A stretch of 64,000 bases of DNA, taken from assembly GCA_048013815.1 (NCBI GenBank), contig CM106586.1:5890001-5954000 (forward strand). The letters are read 5' to 3'. Of the stretch, positions 50,365 through 63,704 are shown one piece after another. This DNA is from Setoptus koraiensis. Taxonomy: Eukaryota; Animalia; Arthropoda. Position 1 is the first letter of the stretch. Each line of letters starts with the position of its first letter. Below the pieces are notes generated by a model, which worked only from the letters and a program-made list of their open reading frames with translations, made no database searches and had not been told where the DNA came from. The translations under genes were made by a program, and so were the position numbers.

Positions 50365-53300
50365 CGCTCAGTGCGCCCGCAGTGAATTAGCCCAGATGAA
50401 TGGCGATTGTCATGCCATGTAATGGAAATTGATGTGACTAATGAATTGAGACGACAGTCGAAAACAATGGGACGATGCCCGAATAATATGCCAACATGGT
50501 GCCCCAATTGAGCTCGAAACAATTGCGGCCCGCACTAGACGAAATGGGGCACCTGAGCAAACCAATAAACTAACCGTCAGTGGGCCTCTGGTTATTTGGT
50601 TGTTTGGTTGTTCGGTTGTTTGCAAGTTTGCAAGAAAAGCAATTGTTGGTGTCGGCTGCTCCCAATTGCATCCAATCGCATCGCTTGTTTCCGACAGGCA
50701 AATTATGTTGCGATCAGCAGTCCTGGCAGCAACTTGCGGCGAGTAGCAAGTCAACTCTTTCGTTTAGCTCGCCAGGTACAAACAATCTATTTGACACACA
50801 CACACAATGGACAGCGGTTTGTTTGTGTGCGGGTCTAAAATGCAATAGTATAATAGTTGCGGGGCCCCAATTTCGGGCGAATTGCATTTTAGATTTGGGC
50901 AGATTATGGTAATTGGAGGTGAGATGAAATAGCTCACTGGCGATGGAAAGGCTGGCAGCGGCTGGTTAGCGGTTGTGTCAGCGTCGCCTTATTTGGGGCA
51001 AGTCGCCAGCTCGATGATGATTGATGCAAACGATGATCAGATTTAAGTGGATAAAGAGTTCTTCGCGTTCTATTCTCCCGTTGTGTCGGCGCTCGTTACG
51101 CTAATGGCAAACATTTAAACTAACAGCCGGCCAGTTTAACGATCTTGACCACCAACACCAACAGCAACAACACCAACAGCAACAGCAACAACAGCAACAC
51201 CATTGTTGCGCATTGTGCGGCATGTTGTTCGGCCAGACCGTTGGCGCACTTATTTATTATTCAATTTCCAGTTTACTTCATTCTGGGGGGGGGGCCTGTC
51301 TCCCGCGGGCCGGCTCGCAAGAGAAGCTTCGCCGGCCGGCCTCATCGGCTGGCCGCGCCGGCCAATCAGACACGGGGCCCTCGGATGGTCGCCTTGAGGC
51401 TGCGGGCAGCCGCTGTCGAGAGTCTCGAGTCGAGACACAGGCCGGCCGGCGGCTGTCTGGCAAGCTAGTTAGGCGCGCTAGTTAGTTTGGCCAGGTCAAC
51501 CGAGTGTGTGTGTGTGTTGGGGCCCGTTACGTGCTTAGTTGCGTGAGATATTCATATAAATATCGACGCCCAATGGACACGCATGAATAATAATGGTCAG
51601 GGCATGGTCTGCGATGATTTATGGAGACCCCCCTCGGACGCGCTCGATCGATGGCTCGCCGTTTTCTCGCCCTGTGAAAGGTCACTTTTGCGATCGGCAA
51701 GAGTTGTTGTGTTTGATCTGAGAGAGAGAGAGAGAGAGAGAGAAAGTTGGTTAGTTCAGCAAAACTAACATGGGCTTGCCAGCCGGCCGATTCAATTGGG
51801 GGGCGCCGCGAATCAATGAGCAGGCAGCAAAAATTTCTATTTCTTGTCTGACGCAGGCAGCTATTTAATCTTTTGAAACCCCCGTTGAGCTTTCAAGTGT
51901 GAAAAATCGCCAGTCAGCTCCGGCGACAACGCGCTGCAAGTTGTCGTTATTGTGGGCCGACCCGAAAAGGGCGACAGGCCAGCCAATTTCCACTGCTTGT
52001 CTAGACATTTTTATCGAGGTGCCGGCGGCCGGAGAGCGAGCCAAAGAGCCAGAGAGAGAGAGAGAGAGAGCTGAATTCAGCAAAAGGCAGCCAAATGAAA
52101 TGTTTGTTTGTGTGGTGTCGGTGGCTCATTTATCGCCGATTAGAATCGCCCGCGCCCCGCCGTCGCTGAAAGAGGAGCCAAATTTAGAGAAGTCAGCGAA
52201 GGGTTCGCCTTATTTATATCTCTTTATTTTTGCTGCCGCTTGCGTGTGTATCCAATAATCGCGGGGGCATCTCGCGCGATGCGATCTCGCCCAGATCGGC
52301 AAACATACAGTCTCAGTGTTTGTTACACACGCCATTGCGACTCGATACTATCGAGTCGATAGATTGACAAAATTTATCCTCATCATGCTGCCGCAGAGCT
52401 ATGGAAATAAATGGCAGAAAGTTCGCGCCAGCGAGCAGCCATGGGGCGGCACAGTGGCACCGATAACTCGCGCCCGATGACTCGCGCCCGATAACTTGGC
52501 CCCACAAACGACCAGTCGTCGGGCCCCATAAACGACGAGTCGTGGCGCCCCCATGGTTGCGGCCGACGAGCGGCGGAAACCGGCGGCTCTTGAATCAAGA
52601 GTTGGCCCGAATTGCGCTCTCAGCCCAGCTAATGTTTATTGCACAAGACACTTTGTTGCTATAAATAGAGAAATTCCAGAAGGTCGCCGCACGGCCGCCA
52701 GTCTCAAGAGTGCGCCGGCACCGAGGGCGCCCATTACAATGCGCAATTGTCACACTCGCACTATTATTGGGTCTACCTGGCGGCGAGCGACGGTAATGAG
52801 CGCGCTAGTAACCTTGTAACCTGCAACAAGCATGATACGAGCACAACGGTGCTGACAGTGGGCCCCAAATAAGTTGCTCGATTATCCGGATATTTGAGCG
52901 GTAATCTCGAGTTTGTCGGGGGTGTGCAACCTTTATGTGACAGGCGGGGGGGGGGCCCGCTCGTTGGTCGTTTGAAGTGTGGCGCATTCATTAGCCAAAT
53001 TACTGGAGCTTAACAATGATTAATTGACACGCTTATGTTGCTCTCAATTACTTGTGTGTCGCGCGTCTACGTTGCGTCGGGTCGCGTCGCCATGGTGAGA
53101 AAAAGAAGAAATAAATCATTGTCTCGAGAGAGAACATTAATTTGTTTTTAGTTGCCGGCCCGGCGCTGCTTTTCTCATCATCACTCGCTGGCATGTTGGC
53201 CGTTATGTTGGTGGGGCGCGCATTATTAGTGTTGGCCATTATCCACGCGTGGATAATGGCTGAGACGGGCCCACGAGCCAGACACAGATTACTCACCACT

Positions 53301-53970
53301 GATACTGCCTACTAATAATCTCCATGGGAAATACCTAGCCAGACAGGATATTGGAATTTTGTGTAATTATGGTTTAAGCCAATACGCCGTTACGCATACG
53401 CCAAGCCGGCACAACATTGCCAGAATATCGGCTGGCCTCTTGTTCTCGTGGGATGGAGCCAGCTCCAAGTATCGCCGGCAAGCGGTTGTTTTTTCGCCAT
53501 TTGCCAATTCGCCCTTGCGCGGCCTTGCCAAATGGGGCCCATTCTAACAACTTGTAATCCCGACTTGTAGACCATTTAACATGCGCGCGCCCGGCAAAAA
53601 ACGCTTGCTCGTCTCGATCGTCTCAAGGCCGCCGCGCGCCGATAAGAACATGGCTGATATTTAGCATAACAGCTAAATTCCGGCTTATTTATCCAGCCAT
53701 TTGAGGCGCCCGCACGAGAGCGGCCCAAGATTACATGTGATGCCTTTATAAGAGGGCCATAATGTTGTTGTGTTGTCTCGTTGTCGCGCATGGCCTGTGG
53801 GTCTGGCGATGAGATTATTATCGGTATCTCTGGGGCTCGTGATTCGCGCCAGCCCATCACAGCCAACAGCCACAACAGCGGGCCCCATTCAACTGGCCGC
53901 CTCCGCAATACACAGTCTGTATCTGCTGACTGGTGCAAGCCGCTCGAGAATTCCCTCAGACTCTCTGACT

Positions 53971-54048
53971 GTTAGACTCCAACGGTTAGACTCCAACGGT
54001 TAGACTCTGACGGTTAGACTCTGACGGTTAGACTCTGACGGTTAGACT
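53971..54048. repeat. Tandem repeat, 14-bp unit GTTAGACTC(CA/TG)ACG x5.6
   Basis: Read directly. Confidence 0.92.
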
Positions 54049-57000
54049 GTAAGCACGTCAATGAAAGATGAGATTGTTGAGATGCCCGGCGCGACCAGTT
54101 GAAAGTGCCCAGATTAGTAGTATTGACGATCGCCGGATGGCAGCCATCCGCTGGCAAGCTAACCAGAGACGATTGTGCACACAAATGGCAAGACAATCGA
54201 ATCAAATCGCAGCGCACTGACTGATGTTCAAGTGGATAATCGCTGCCGGCACTAATGGCATATCCAGCTATCCGGTTGTGTTTTGTCGTCAGTTTGCACG
54301 GCCCACACACACTCACTAATTGATTGGTAGCCGTGACACTTGAGGTTCGCGCGAACCAAAATAGCGCGCCCATGTGAAGCCATACTCAACTATTCGGGGC
54401 GCCCCGAATGAATTAAAAAACGGAATTATGCTCGCAGTGTTTTTCTCCATATGTTTGCCAATGTCTATAGGGGTTTTTATGGTTTCTAGCCACTGGGATG
54501 GCTGCAAATATTCAGCAAATGGCTCTCTGTTGGCCAAGCCAATGCCAAGCTCGCTTCGAAATGGCACCCATTCAGACGCATCTTGGCGCATGTTGGGCGT
54601 CGGTTGAGCGTTAGAGGAATGATGATAATTTAATCACGAGGGCGCTTCTCTGACAAGACAGACAGACAGACAGACCGAGTAACGTCTTGAGTTGTCGTCT
54701 CAGTCGTCTCGGCGGCTGAGACGATCGGACAAAAAATACCCAAAACAAATGTGGGCATGATTGATTTTTAATGGCATAAATCGAGGCCCCGACAAGCAAG
54801 CCACAATGACGCAAATATCCAGCCATCGGTGTGTCAGTGGCTGTTGCCGTTGCGAGCTGCCACAAACGTAATCCCTGGCAGCTCGCTTGTGTGTGGCCCG
54901 TCACAGCAGTGGGTCAATGTTGGCCCCAACTAATAGAACATTGATCTCTGCTGCCATCAGATTGCTAGTCTAGTAATGCTACACTAACAGTGTTAGCGTC
55001 ACACGGGGGCCCCCTGGCGCGCAGCGTCTCGTCAATATTTGCGCCACGAGAGTGGCGCCTAGACGAGCTCCACACAAAAGCGAGCCGGCGCATTTTGGCG
55101 CGGATATTTGACAATATCCACAGCATATCCAAATGCACCTGAGCCGCACAGCCATCTCACAGTCATAAACTGGCCAATTTGATTTGTCACTTTTGAGGCA
55201 AAAGTTTCGCCCCTCGCACACACACACACTGCCGACCACGTATCAGTGATACGGTCGGATGTGAGGGCCAAATACTGAGGCCCGGCAACCGCATCGATTA
55301 TTCCGTTGGCCTCTCTCAGAGAGAGGCTCTCAAAGAGGCGCGCTGAAAGCAGCTCGGCTCGCGCTCAAGTCGAGCCGGCCTCGAGGAGCCCCACGCCGAG
55401 ATTGGCCAATTCCGGACAGCAACGAGCCGTGACATGGCGTCATCAAACTAACTGGCTCGCGTCTCACACGCGAGACAGCGAGCATCGGTCTCGGCAGTGG
55501 ACGCTCCAGTTGTTGGCTCGAATGGACACTTGTGATTGGTTGTTGAGCCCAAATTTAGATTTGAGTCGCCGGCGCCGCGCGAGCGTTTGTGTGCCAGTGT
55601 GCCAGTGTGCGAATTGCGAGGGGCCCCAATTGCGAGCTCGTTTGCTCTGCTCCAACTCGCTGCTGAATTGGACGCTGGTGAAATTAGTTGCGCAAATTAG
55701 AGCGCCACTTAACAATGGATGCTGCACGTCGTCGTGGCTCGCAACCCGTCCGAACGGATAACCCATGACACAAGCGAGCCAGTGTGCCAATAATCATCAT
55801 GGGAGCCCCAATTATTGGCCTGTGCGTGTGTGTGTGTCGCTGTGCGATAACTATTGTCTAAACTTGTCTATCGCCCAGGGCCTCACTGGTGCCGATTGCA
55901 TAACCAGTGGTTGCCATGGCCACTGGGTACGCAGTGGACATTGGGTACGCAGTGGACATTGGGTATTCAATGGCCACTGGGTATGGAGCGCGCGATATTT
56001 ATGGCAACCTAGATTCGCTGCTTCACTTTTGGCCCGCTGATCTGAATTTATCTGCAACGAGCGGCTAGCCAAGCATTCAACTGGCTGGCCGACGGGCCGG
56101 CCGTTGAATGCGGCCACGGGCCAACTGGTGCGGCCAGCGGCCTGCCGCGAGCCCCCCGAGGACCAGTTAAGGGGGGCCGAAAATAATCCAATTTGGAATG
56201 ATGTCGCCTTGAGATTAAAGTGGCAATTGTCCAATGATTCCGGCCCAATGAGCCGGCCAACCGGCCAGCCAGCCAGCCAGCCAGCGGGCAGCCACTTGAA
56301 TTGCAATCATCGCATCGTTTGGGCCAACTAGGCACCACACTGCTCGCGCGATTGTCATTGATATCCATCCAAACTGGCCCTTGCGAGTGCCCAGTGCGCA
56401 TTCGTATTGGCCGTCGTATCGGGATTGGGCCGTCGGGATTGGGGCCGGAAAGCGGCGAGCATGCTGATATGGTCCATCATGGACCCACCAAGATGCCGTA
56501 TATGATAAATGGATGGTCCAGGGGCTGGCTGGTTGCGGGGGCCGCCACCTTGGGCGCGGGATTATTGCTCGAGAAACTGAAGAAATTTCCATGCTGCTCT
56601 TGCCGGCAGCTCCAGCGCACTGATTGAGCGATGGGCCCCAAATGGACGACGCTGATTGCTGCTCGCAGCGCCAGTCTGGCCACAGTCTGCTAGTGGCGGG
56701 CACCTGTACACAACTGGCCACCATTATATCTGGCTGTAAGTGTGGCTTGCAGCTTGCGAGCGCTGTGAGAGCAAACGGATAATCTGGAATAATCACAATT
56801 CTCATTAGCCATCTCGCACTGTCTGGCTACGTGTCTCGGTTGCTAGACGGTCTATATCGCGATATATCGCGATGACCGATACGCAGAATTGGAGCGCCCG
56901 ATGCATGCATTCGGAAGGGTCGATTCGTGCAATTTGACGGGCCCCCAGAATGGGGCCCGGCGGGCCGGTGCTAGCCAGCGAGCGGCAAGGGCAAGCGTCT

Positions 57001-57751
57001 GGCCGGCATCGAGGAGCTTGTCTTGTTCGTATGGGCGGCAGATATAAACAATGATGTGCTCAACGGTATGCAAATATAACGGCGGTCGCATAAGTACGGG
57101 CCGACGGCCGGATCACTGGCCGGGCCGGAATCAGTGCGAGTGGCCACGACTCAATCCGCGATCTATTCTCGATTATCTATTTATTTTCTGTAATAGAGTG
57201 ACGACGCTGCTGCTCATTTGGATTGTTGCCATCGGCTGGCCCGCAAAATGGTCTGGCCCGATGGTTCGGCGCAATGGTCTGGCGCACTGGTGTCGGTGGG
57301 GCCCGCATTGAGCTCTCAATGGGCGCAATGAGCTGGCCTCTTTGTTATTATGTGTGTGGGGGGCCGGTCATATCAGCGGTCACATCAACGTCATATCGCA
57401 AGAAGAAATATTGTCACACGATGACAAACACACACACACACAAGATGGATTTGGTGGTGACTCAATGATGTGCACCGTCGGACACAGAGACGATGATTGA
57501 AACTGTTTCAATGGAACTGACACTGGTCGACACTGGCTAACACTGGGGCCCTCCGCTGGGGCCCAGTGTCGGCCCACGCACTGTCGTCCGCTTCAACTTG
57601 TGACTGGATGTCTGACGCTCTGTCTGGCTGGCCGACTGGCCGGCCTAAACAATGAGCATCGTCATTGATATTGATGGCGATCATCATCATTCATATTGCG
57701 CCGCTGACGAGTGGCCCCAACAACGAGCTCATTTGTGACTCGGTGTGTAGT

Positions 57752-57772
57752 TGTGCGTGTGTGTGTGCGCGC

Positions 57773-57805
<33 letters not shown>
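57752..57805. repeat. Alternating purine-pyrimidine tract (GT)n with a (GC)4 core; potential Z-DNA
   Basis: 54-nt alternating tract. Z-DNA formation is inferred. Confidence 0.8.
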
Positions 57806-57807
<2 letters not shown>

Positions 57808-57936
57808 AGATATAGATAACAAAATATAGAAATTGTGCGGCTAACCAAACAAGAAAGAACCCTGATAACAACAGATAAATGTGGGCACGAGCTGGCCCAC
57901 CTGAGTTGTTGTTGTTGCTGTTGTTGATGCTGTTGC

Positions 57937-57967
<31 letters not shown>

Positions 57968-60900
57968 GATGCTGTTGCTGTTGTTGCGGCAGCAACAACA
58001 ACTGCACAATGGCTCGCTGGCCACAAGTGAATACACACGCGTATTGGCTGGCTCACCTTGAAAGCACCTTCAAGGGGCACACTAGACTGCACGCAGTATA
58101 GAGGCGATCGTATAGAGCGAGATGAGGACCCGGCGAGCGCGCAGCACAAAGGCCCGCTGTGGCTGGCGTCGCTCAAGCTCGATGCCCGAACCAAAGAACC
58201 AAACGAACTGAACGAATCGAAGGCACCCAAAGAAACGAGAGAACAGAAAGAAACGAGAGATCAGAAAGAAACGAAACAACTGAAAGGATCTACATTGAAC
58301 ATTCGAAGCCACACACACTCGCCAACGCCAGACACTGACGAGTCGCCATTTGGTACCGATTGGCTTGACACCGGCGAGTCACTGTTTCGGGTCTGGCGTT
58401 CGCGCAGTGGGGCCAGTTCGACCTTTGCCGGGCAACTCTCTTTTGTCTGTTGCCCAGCAATACTCCAAGGGGCCCCTTTCTGGCCCCACCATTTATACTG
58501 TTGGCCTCGGCTTTCATGCGGCTGGCGCCAGCTTTTATGCTGCTCGTATCGCCATTTAAACCGCTGGCCGGCTTGCCGTGGGCAGTCAGCTTGAGCCAGC
58601 AGTCAAGTGAGCGCTGGCTCAAGGGCGAGCTCCGACAATTGGTTTGCCGGGGTTCACTCTTTTCAGACGCACAGCGAGTCTGCTCGTTGGGCGGAAGTTG
58701 CGCGCCGGCCAGTCTTGAAGAGCGTGCGGTCACGTAGCGGCACGCGCTGTAATGACGACGACAACTAGACCGTTGCGAGCTCACCATTGACACATACCCA
58801 GTTCGGTGTGCCGGTATCTCGTTAGCCGGGTATCTCGTTAGTTGGGCACGTCGATGTTGCGTTAGCCAACTGTTTAGGCTAGGTATTTAGGCTGGGCATT
58901 TCGGCTGGGCAACAGCGGTGAGTGGGTAACTGGATGGCAGCGGTTGTGCAAACAAAAGTAATGTATGCAAACGAGACACAGCGAGCGAGCGAGCACAAAT
59001 CAAAGAGACACGCAGCCCAGTCATTGGGTCAGTTGGGGCACAACGGAAACACGTTGTATAGGTGGATATTGACCGTCAGTGTGCGTTTGTGTGTGTGATG
59101 GGGCCTAATGAGCTGACCACTGGCCAGAGGCTTTTGTTGTGTCGTATTGTTGTGTTGTGGACAACAGAAGCAACAACAACGATAACAAATGATTTAGTCT
59201 GGCCAGTTGCTTACAACAACAACAACAACAACAACATGCCGGCTAACAAACAAACGGTCATCATCGTCACCACACCGGGCTGCATGCAAATGTCAGCTGA
59301 TTTGAGCAAGCTTGTCATGTTGTTGCTGTTCATTCATAAATCATGACCGACACTGAAACTGGCTCAATCTCAATATCTGGCCAACAGTGTTGTGACAGTT
59401 ATTCGTCCAGTTAAGCGAGTGTATTCAACACACACACACACACTCATACGCCAATGTGACATGTAGTACAGTGTGTTATATTCACATTGGTATTCACAGA
59501 CAAATTTGCTGCCAACAATATTAATGGGCGACAGTTAGATTATTGCGCAATAATATAACTATTAATATCACAACACTGATGATGATGCCATAAAATAAAT
59601 GCCGTCGCAATAAACTGCGCAAACAACAACAACAATCAGCGTTTTACACGACAGACGCAGCAGCAACAACGACACCAACAACAACGACAACAACAACAGC
59701 GACACCAACAACGACACCAACAACAACAACGACAACAACAACAACAACAACAACTCTTTATTACCTGAGCCATAAGACTACCGTTAGCGGTGAGACAAGC
59801 GGCCGCATAACAACACTTACCCGCTTCTTTAATCTAATTGCCTGTCGGCCAAAACCGGCCCGAATCTGGGCAGCGCAAACGACGCGCCTGTAGCCAGTGG
59901 CTGACGGGCCCCATAACACAACTGTATGGCTTCCTCTTTTTGTTGTGGGCACCCGCCGGCAGGTGACCGACGCAACGCGGCGGCCCCACAGCGTAAACAG
60001 TGGCCCACGGCATAAACAACAACCCCAAAATAGTTTGTAATAAGCAGCGACATCCGTTTGCACTGATCCGATCCGAGAGCGATCAATAAAAATTGGTAGC
60101 CGAGCCACTGACAGCGATTCGGGCTTTATCTGCACACAAACATATTTGATGACGGATACACCGGCGATCACAACAAGCGATATTGCTTGCGACAACACAA
60201 ACCCATCCCGCCATCTATTGCTCAAAACGGAAGCGGCCCAATTGACAACAAGTTATGCTCCTATCGTCCGCTTATTCATTACTGCTCTTATCTGGCTTTT
60301 GTGTCGGCCATTTATTTTTGTTCGCTCGCTGCCCGCTGCACGTGATGAAATATATATTTGTGAGATATATGTGAAATGTATGATGCTCCAGTGGAATACG
60401 CTGGCGCCACCGACCGACAGTGTCGCGTTTCAACTGGTCGCTTTGTGTCACTTTTCAATAATGCTTGCGCCTTTCCAATAATAAGCGGGCCCCAGATCGC
60501 TGTGAGCGCCTTCTAATCCCTTCCCAAGGCCACAAACATCCCATGGCGAGTCGGCCCAGCGGCCAGCTGATTGGCCGCTGGGCTAATTTCGGCAAGAGGG
60601 GGCGCGCATAATCCCAAAAGTATGGGGCCAAATGGTGCTCGGCCGATGCAAACTGTGCCAATCACTTTGCAGGCCAACACATGCGACAAAAGTTTTATTG
60701 AAAGGTCACAAACGACCACGAGCCGGCAACAAATGACCCAATGTCGTCCAGTCCAAATTAAATTGGACACCCCAGACAGCAGAGCGCCACAACAGTGGGT
60801 CAGGTGCCGTTTTTAACGTGGTTGTTGTTGTTGTTGTTGTGTCAGCACAGCGTCCAATTTGCATATCCGCTGTGCACGAGACATTAGAATGTAGCGATGT

Positions 60901-62448
60901 GCATAATCCGCTGACTAGATGACGTGTGTGCCTTTGGTGTCGATTGTACACAATTGCTTTTTGCTTCTTTTTCATCTCTGACAGGGGGCCCGCACTCACT
61001 AAGCCCGCTGTATGAGCCGCACAAGTCATTCTGGGGCTCACTCAATTCCTGACAATTGTCAGTCTCACTCACAAAGAGAAAATGAAACAACAGTGGCATC
61101 GTTTTTTGTTTATCCGCTCACTTGTGCTGGTTATCCGCTGTTTGCTGAGGCTGCCATGAGCCGCATTCATCACAGTTGATGCGATTGGTATTTTTGTTCA
61201 TTTATTTTTTTTCATTTACAATATTCAAACTTGAATCTGTGGCGCCACTGGGCATTTTTGATTGAGTCTGGACAGTTTGCAGCTCACCCGACAAGAGTGT
61301 GCATAATAACAATTGAAACAACTCACCTGGTTAGATGGGGCCCAGCAGTTTCAAGTGACACGGCTTGTGAATAGGGCTGATGAAATTGCACGCTCTTTGC
61401 GCTTGGCTTTGGCCCAAAAAGCGATCTAGTCACTAGATCGCTAGTGGATCGAGTGGCGCCATCGGTGAATATCGATTGTGAAATTCAATTTTTGTCTTGT
61501 CTCCTCGTTGGCCACTCATGCACTTGTTGTTGGCTTGTTCCGTTGTGTCACTTAAGAATAAAGTTTATACTCCACACTGACACAATCTCTCCAGCGAATG
61601 ACAGGTGACAGGTGACACTAGACCAGAGAACAATTGTGGGCGGCCTAAACACTGACAGTGGCTCATTGCTGGCCACTTAATGAGTCAACTCGCGCGCTAC
61701 ATGCCAATATATCAATAAGCTGCACTGTCGTATTTGACGGCGACAATGGTCTGTCGCCAATGTCACCACAATGCTGTGGCTACTCTGGTTGAGACAGTAT
61801 TTTGATTAAAAAAGTGGCCTCATCAAGTGCAAGAAAGACCATCTAACAAGGTAACCTTGTAAGACAAGCTTAGCGCTCGCGACGTGACGTAATCAAATAA
61901 ATCTGTTGAGGTGTGTTATCATGTCACAGTATTCAGTAGTGATATCGTGCATTGTTTTGTTGGCAGTTATGGGTCTATCAATACAATTCATACTATCAAT
62001 ACAATTCATACTATGTTTGCGTTAGCCGCTATCTGTTGCAACAATCTCACGGTCAATCATAACACAAGGCAGTTGCGCCACAATTAGACGGCCCACAATT
62101 GTGTAACTGTGTAACACGCAATTCAGTATAGTTATAGTTTGCGCTAACAAAACGGCAGAGCAAAACGGCTTAGCAATTCACTATATTTACAGCGATATTT
62201 ACAACATGGCGCAATATGTTTGTAAACGTGGCATAAAGGCTTGCCAACACGAGCCAGCACGAGCCAACGCGAGCCAGCTGTCATATATATTGCAGTTAAA
62301 AGTGCAGTTATATATTGAATGGCAGTTGCACAGATAAGCAAAGTAATAATAATTGTTTGCACAAGCGACCGCTAACTACTTCCGGTCTTGCCTATAACAG
62401 CCTGCTGCTCGATAACAGCAGCGGCAGCAACAACAACAACAGCAACAA

Positions 62449-62449
<1 letters not shown>

Positions 62450-62525
<76 letters not shown>
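62450..62525. repeat. (AACAGC)n hexanucleotide repeat x12
   Basis: Pure run. Confidence 0.95.
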
Positions 62526-63637
62526 CACTAAAATGTATGCTGCAAAATGGTGGTTGCATAATGTCGCCACTGTTTGGTTGTTTGGTGTGTGTGTGTGTCA
62601 CACAAGGTGCGAAGGCAACTAACAGACAAAAGCAATGACAATGCCACCCACACAACAGCTGAGCTGGGGCCCCCTTTGGGGCCATTTGAGTGGCGTGCCT
62701 GGCAAAAAAAGTCAAGTCCCGTGCAGAGGCCATCGAGCGTGTGTGTGTGTGTGTGTGTGTTTGTGTTGGTTGGTTGGACAAACTAGCGGCAAGTATGAGC
62801 AAGTGGCAACTCAGTCTTAATGAGACACCCAAGCCACTGTTGGAATAGGCACACAACGGGCCCCAATTTGGACGTTAAGTAGGACAGGTAAAGTATTGGC
62901 ACGAGCTGGGCACGTTGTAGTCAAGTAGTCACGTTATGCCAAGACACTGTGTGCATGCCAGTGTCACACAAACACTGACAGGGCGCTGACAGTGTTGTTG
63001 TTGTTGTTGCTGCTGCTGTTGCTGCTGCTGTTGCTGCTGCTGCTGTTGCTGCTGCTGTTGTGAGCATAAACACACTGTCAGTGGTGTCGGTGGTGTCAGT
63101 GGTGTGATTTAATTCCTAATGCTCGTCTTAATTCTCGCCACTAACGACACACAACAACGACAACAACCGACCCACATGCACACACCGAGACGCACTTACA
63201 AGGTAACCTAGTTAGGTGGCGCCACTGTTGTTGATGCGACACTCTCATTGTTGACTCATATGATATGGTCACTGCATATCATATGAGTTAACGGCGACAG
63301 TGGCTCGGATATGAGAGACGGCAACATGTTTGCCCGTTCACTTGACACTGAAATATCTGCCAGTGTGCACACTGGCAGATATTTCCATTTTGTAGACGCG
63401 AATCGTATGAGACGCCGCAACAAACCGACGCTGGCCAGTGATCGGGCGAAGCACGACGCTGTTGTTGTTATGTCATCACTGGACCCATCAGCTGTAGCAG
63501 TGACAGCTCACCTGTCATTACTTGCCTGACCAGTGCGTCTTGTGCAGCCTGTCAGCCACTGGTGATGCAATTGGCCAGCCAATCAATTGCATCATCATTG
63601 TGCGGTCATCGTTGGTGCGATCTGACGCCTACAGTCT

Positions 63638-63704
63638 GCATCGTCTAGTGGGCATCGTCTTGTGGGCATCGTCTTGTGGGCATCGTCTTGTGGGCATCGT
63701 CTAG
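63638..63704. repeat. Tandem repeat, 14-bp unit GCATCGTCT(T/A)GTGG x about 5
   Basis: Read directly. Confidence 0.9.

Noticed and set aside
53702-53734. VILGRSRAGAS, similar to the Rhes P-loop VVLGASRVGKS, as the missing first exon
   Set aside because: The invariant Lys is absent, the following residues do not match, and there is no good phase-1 donor; borderline chance similarity.
57841-58793. ORFs 58058-58594 (+), 58290-58793 (-) and 57841-58230 (-) with a strong AAG|GTGAGC donor near 58057
   Set aside because: No homology recognised and the phase-1 frame has a stop. It could be a non-coding exon, but I cannot support that.
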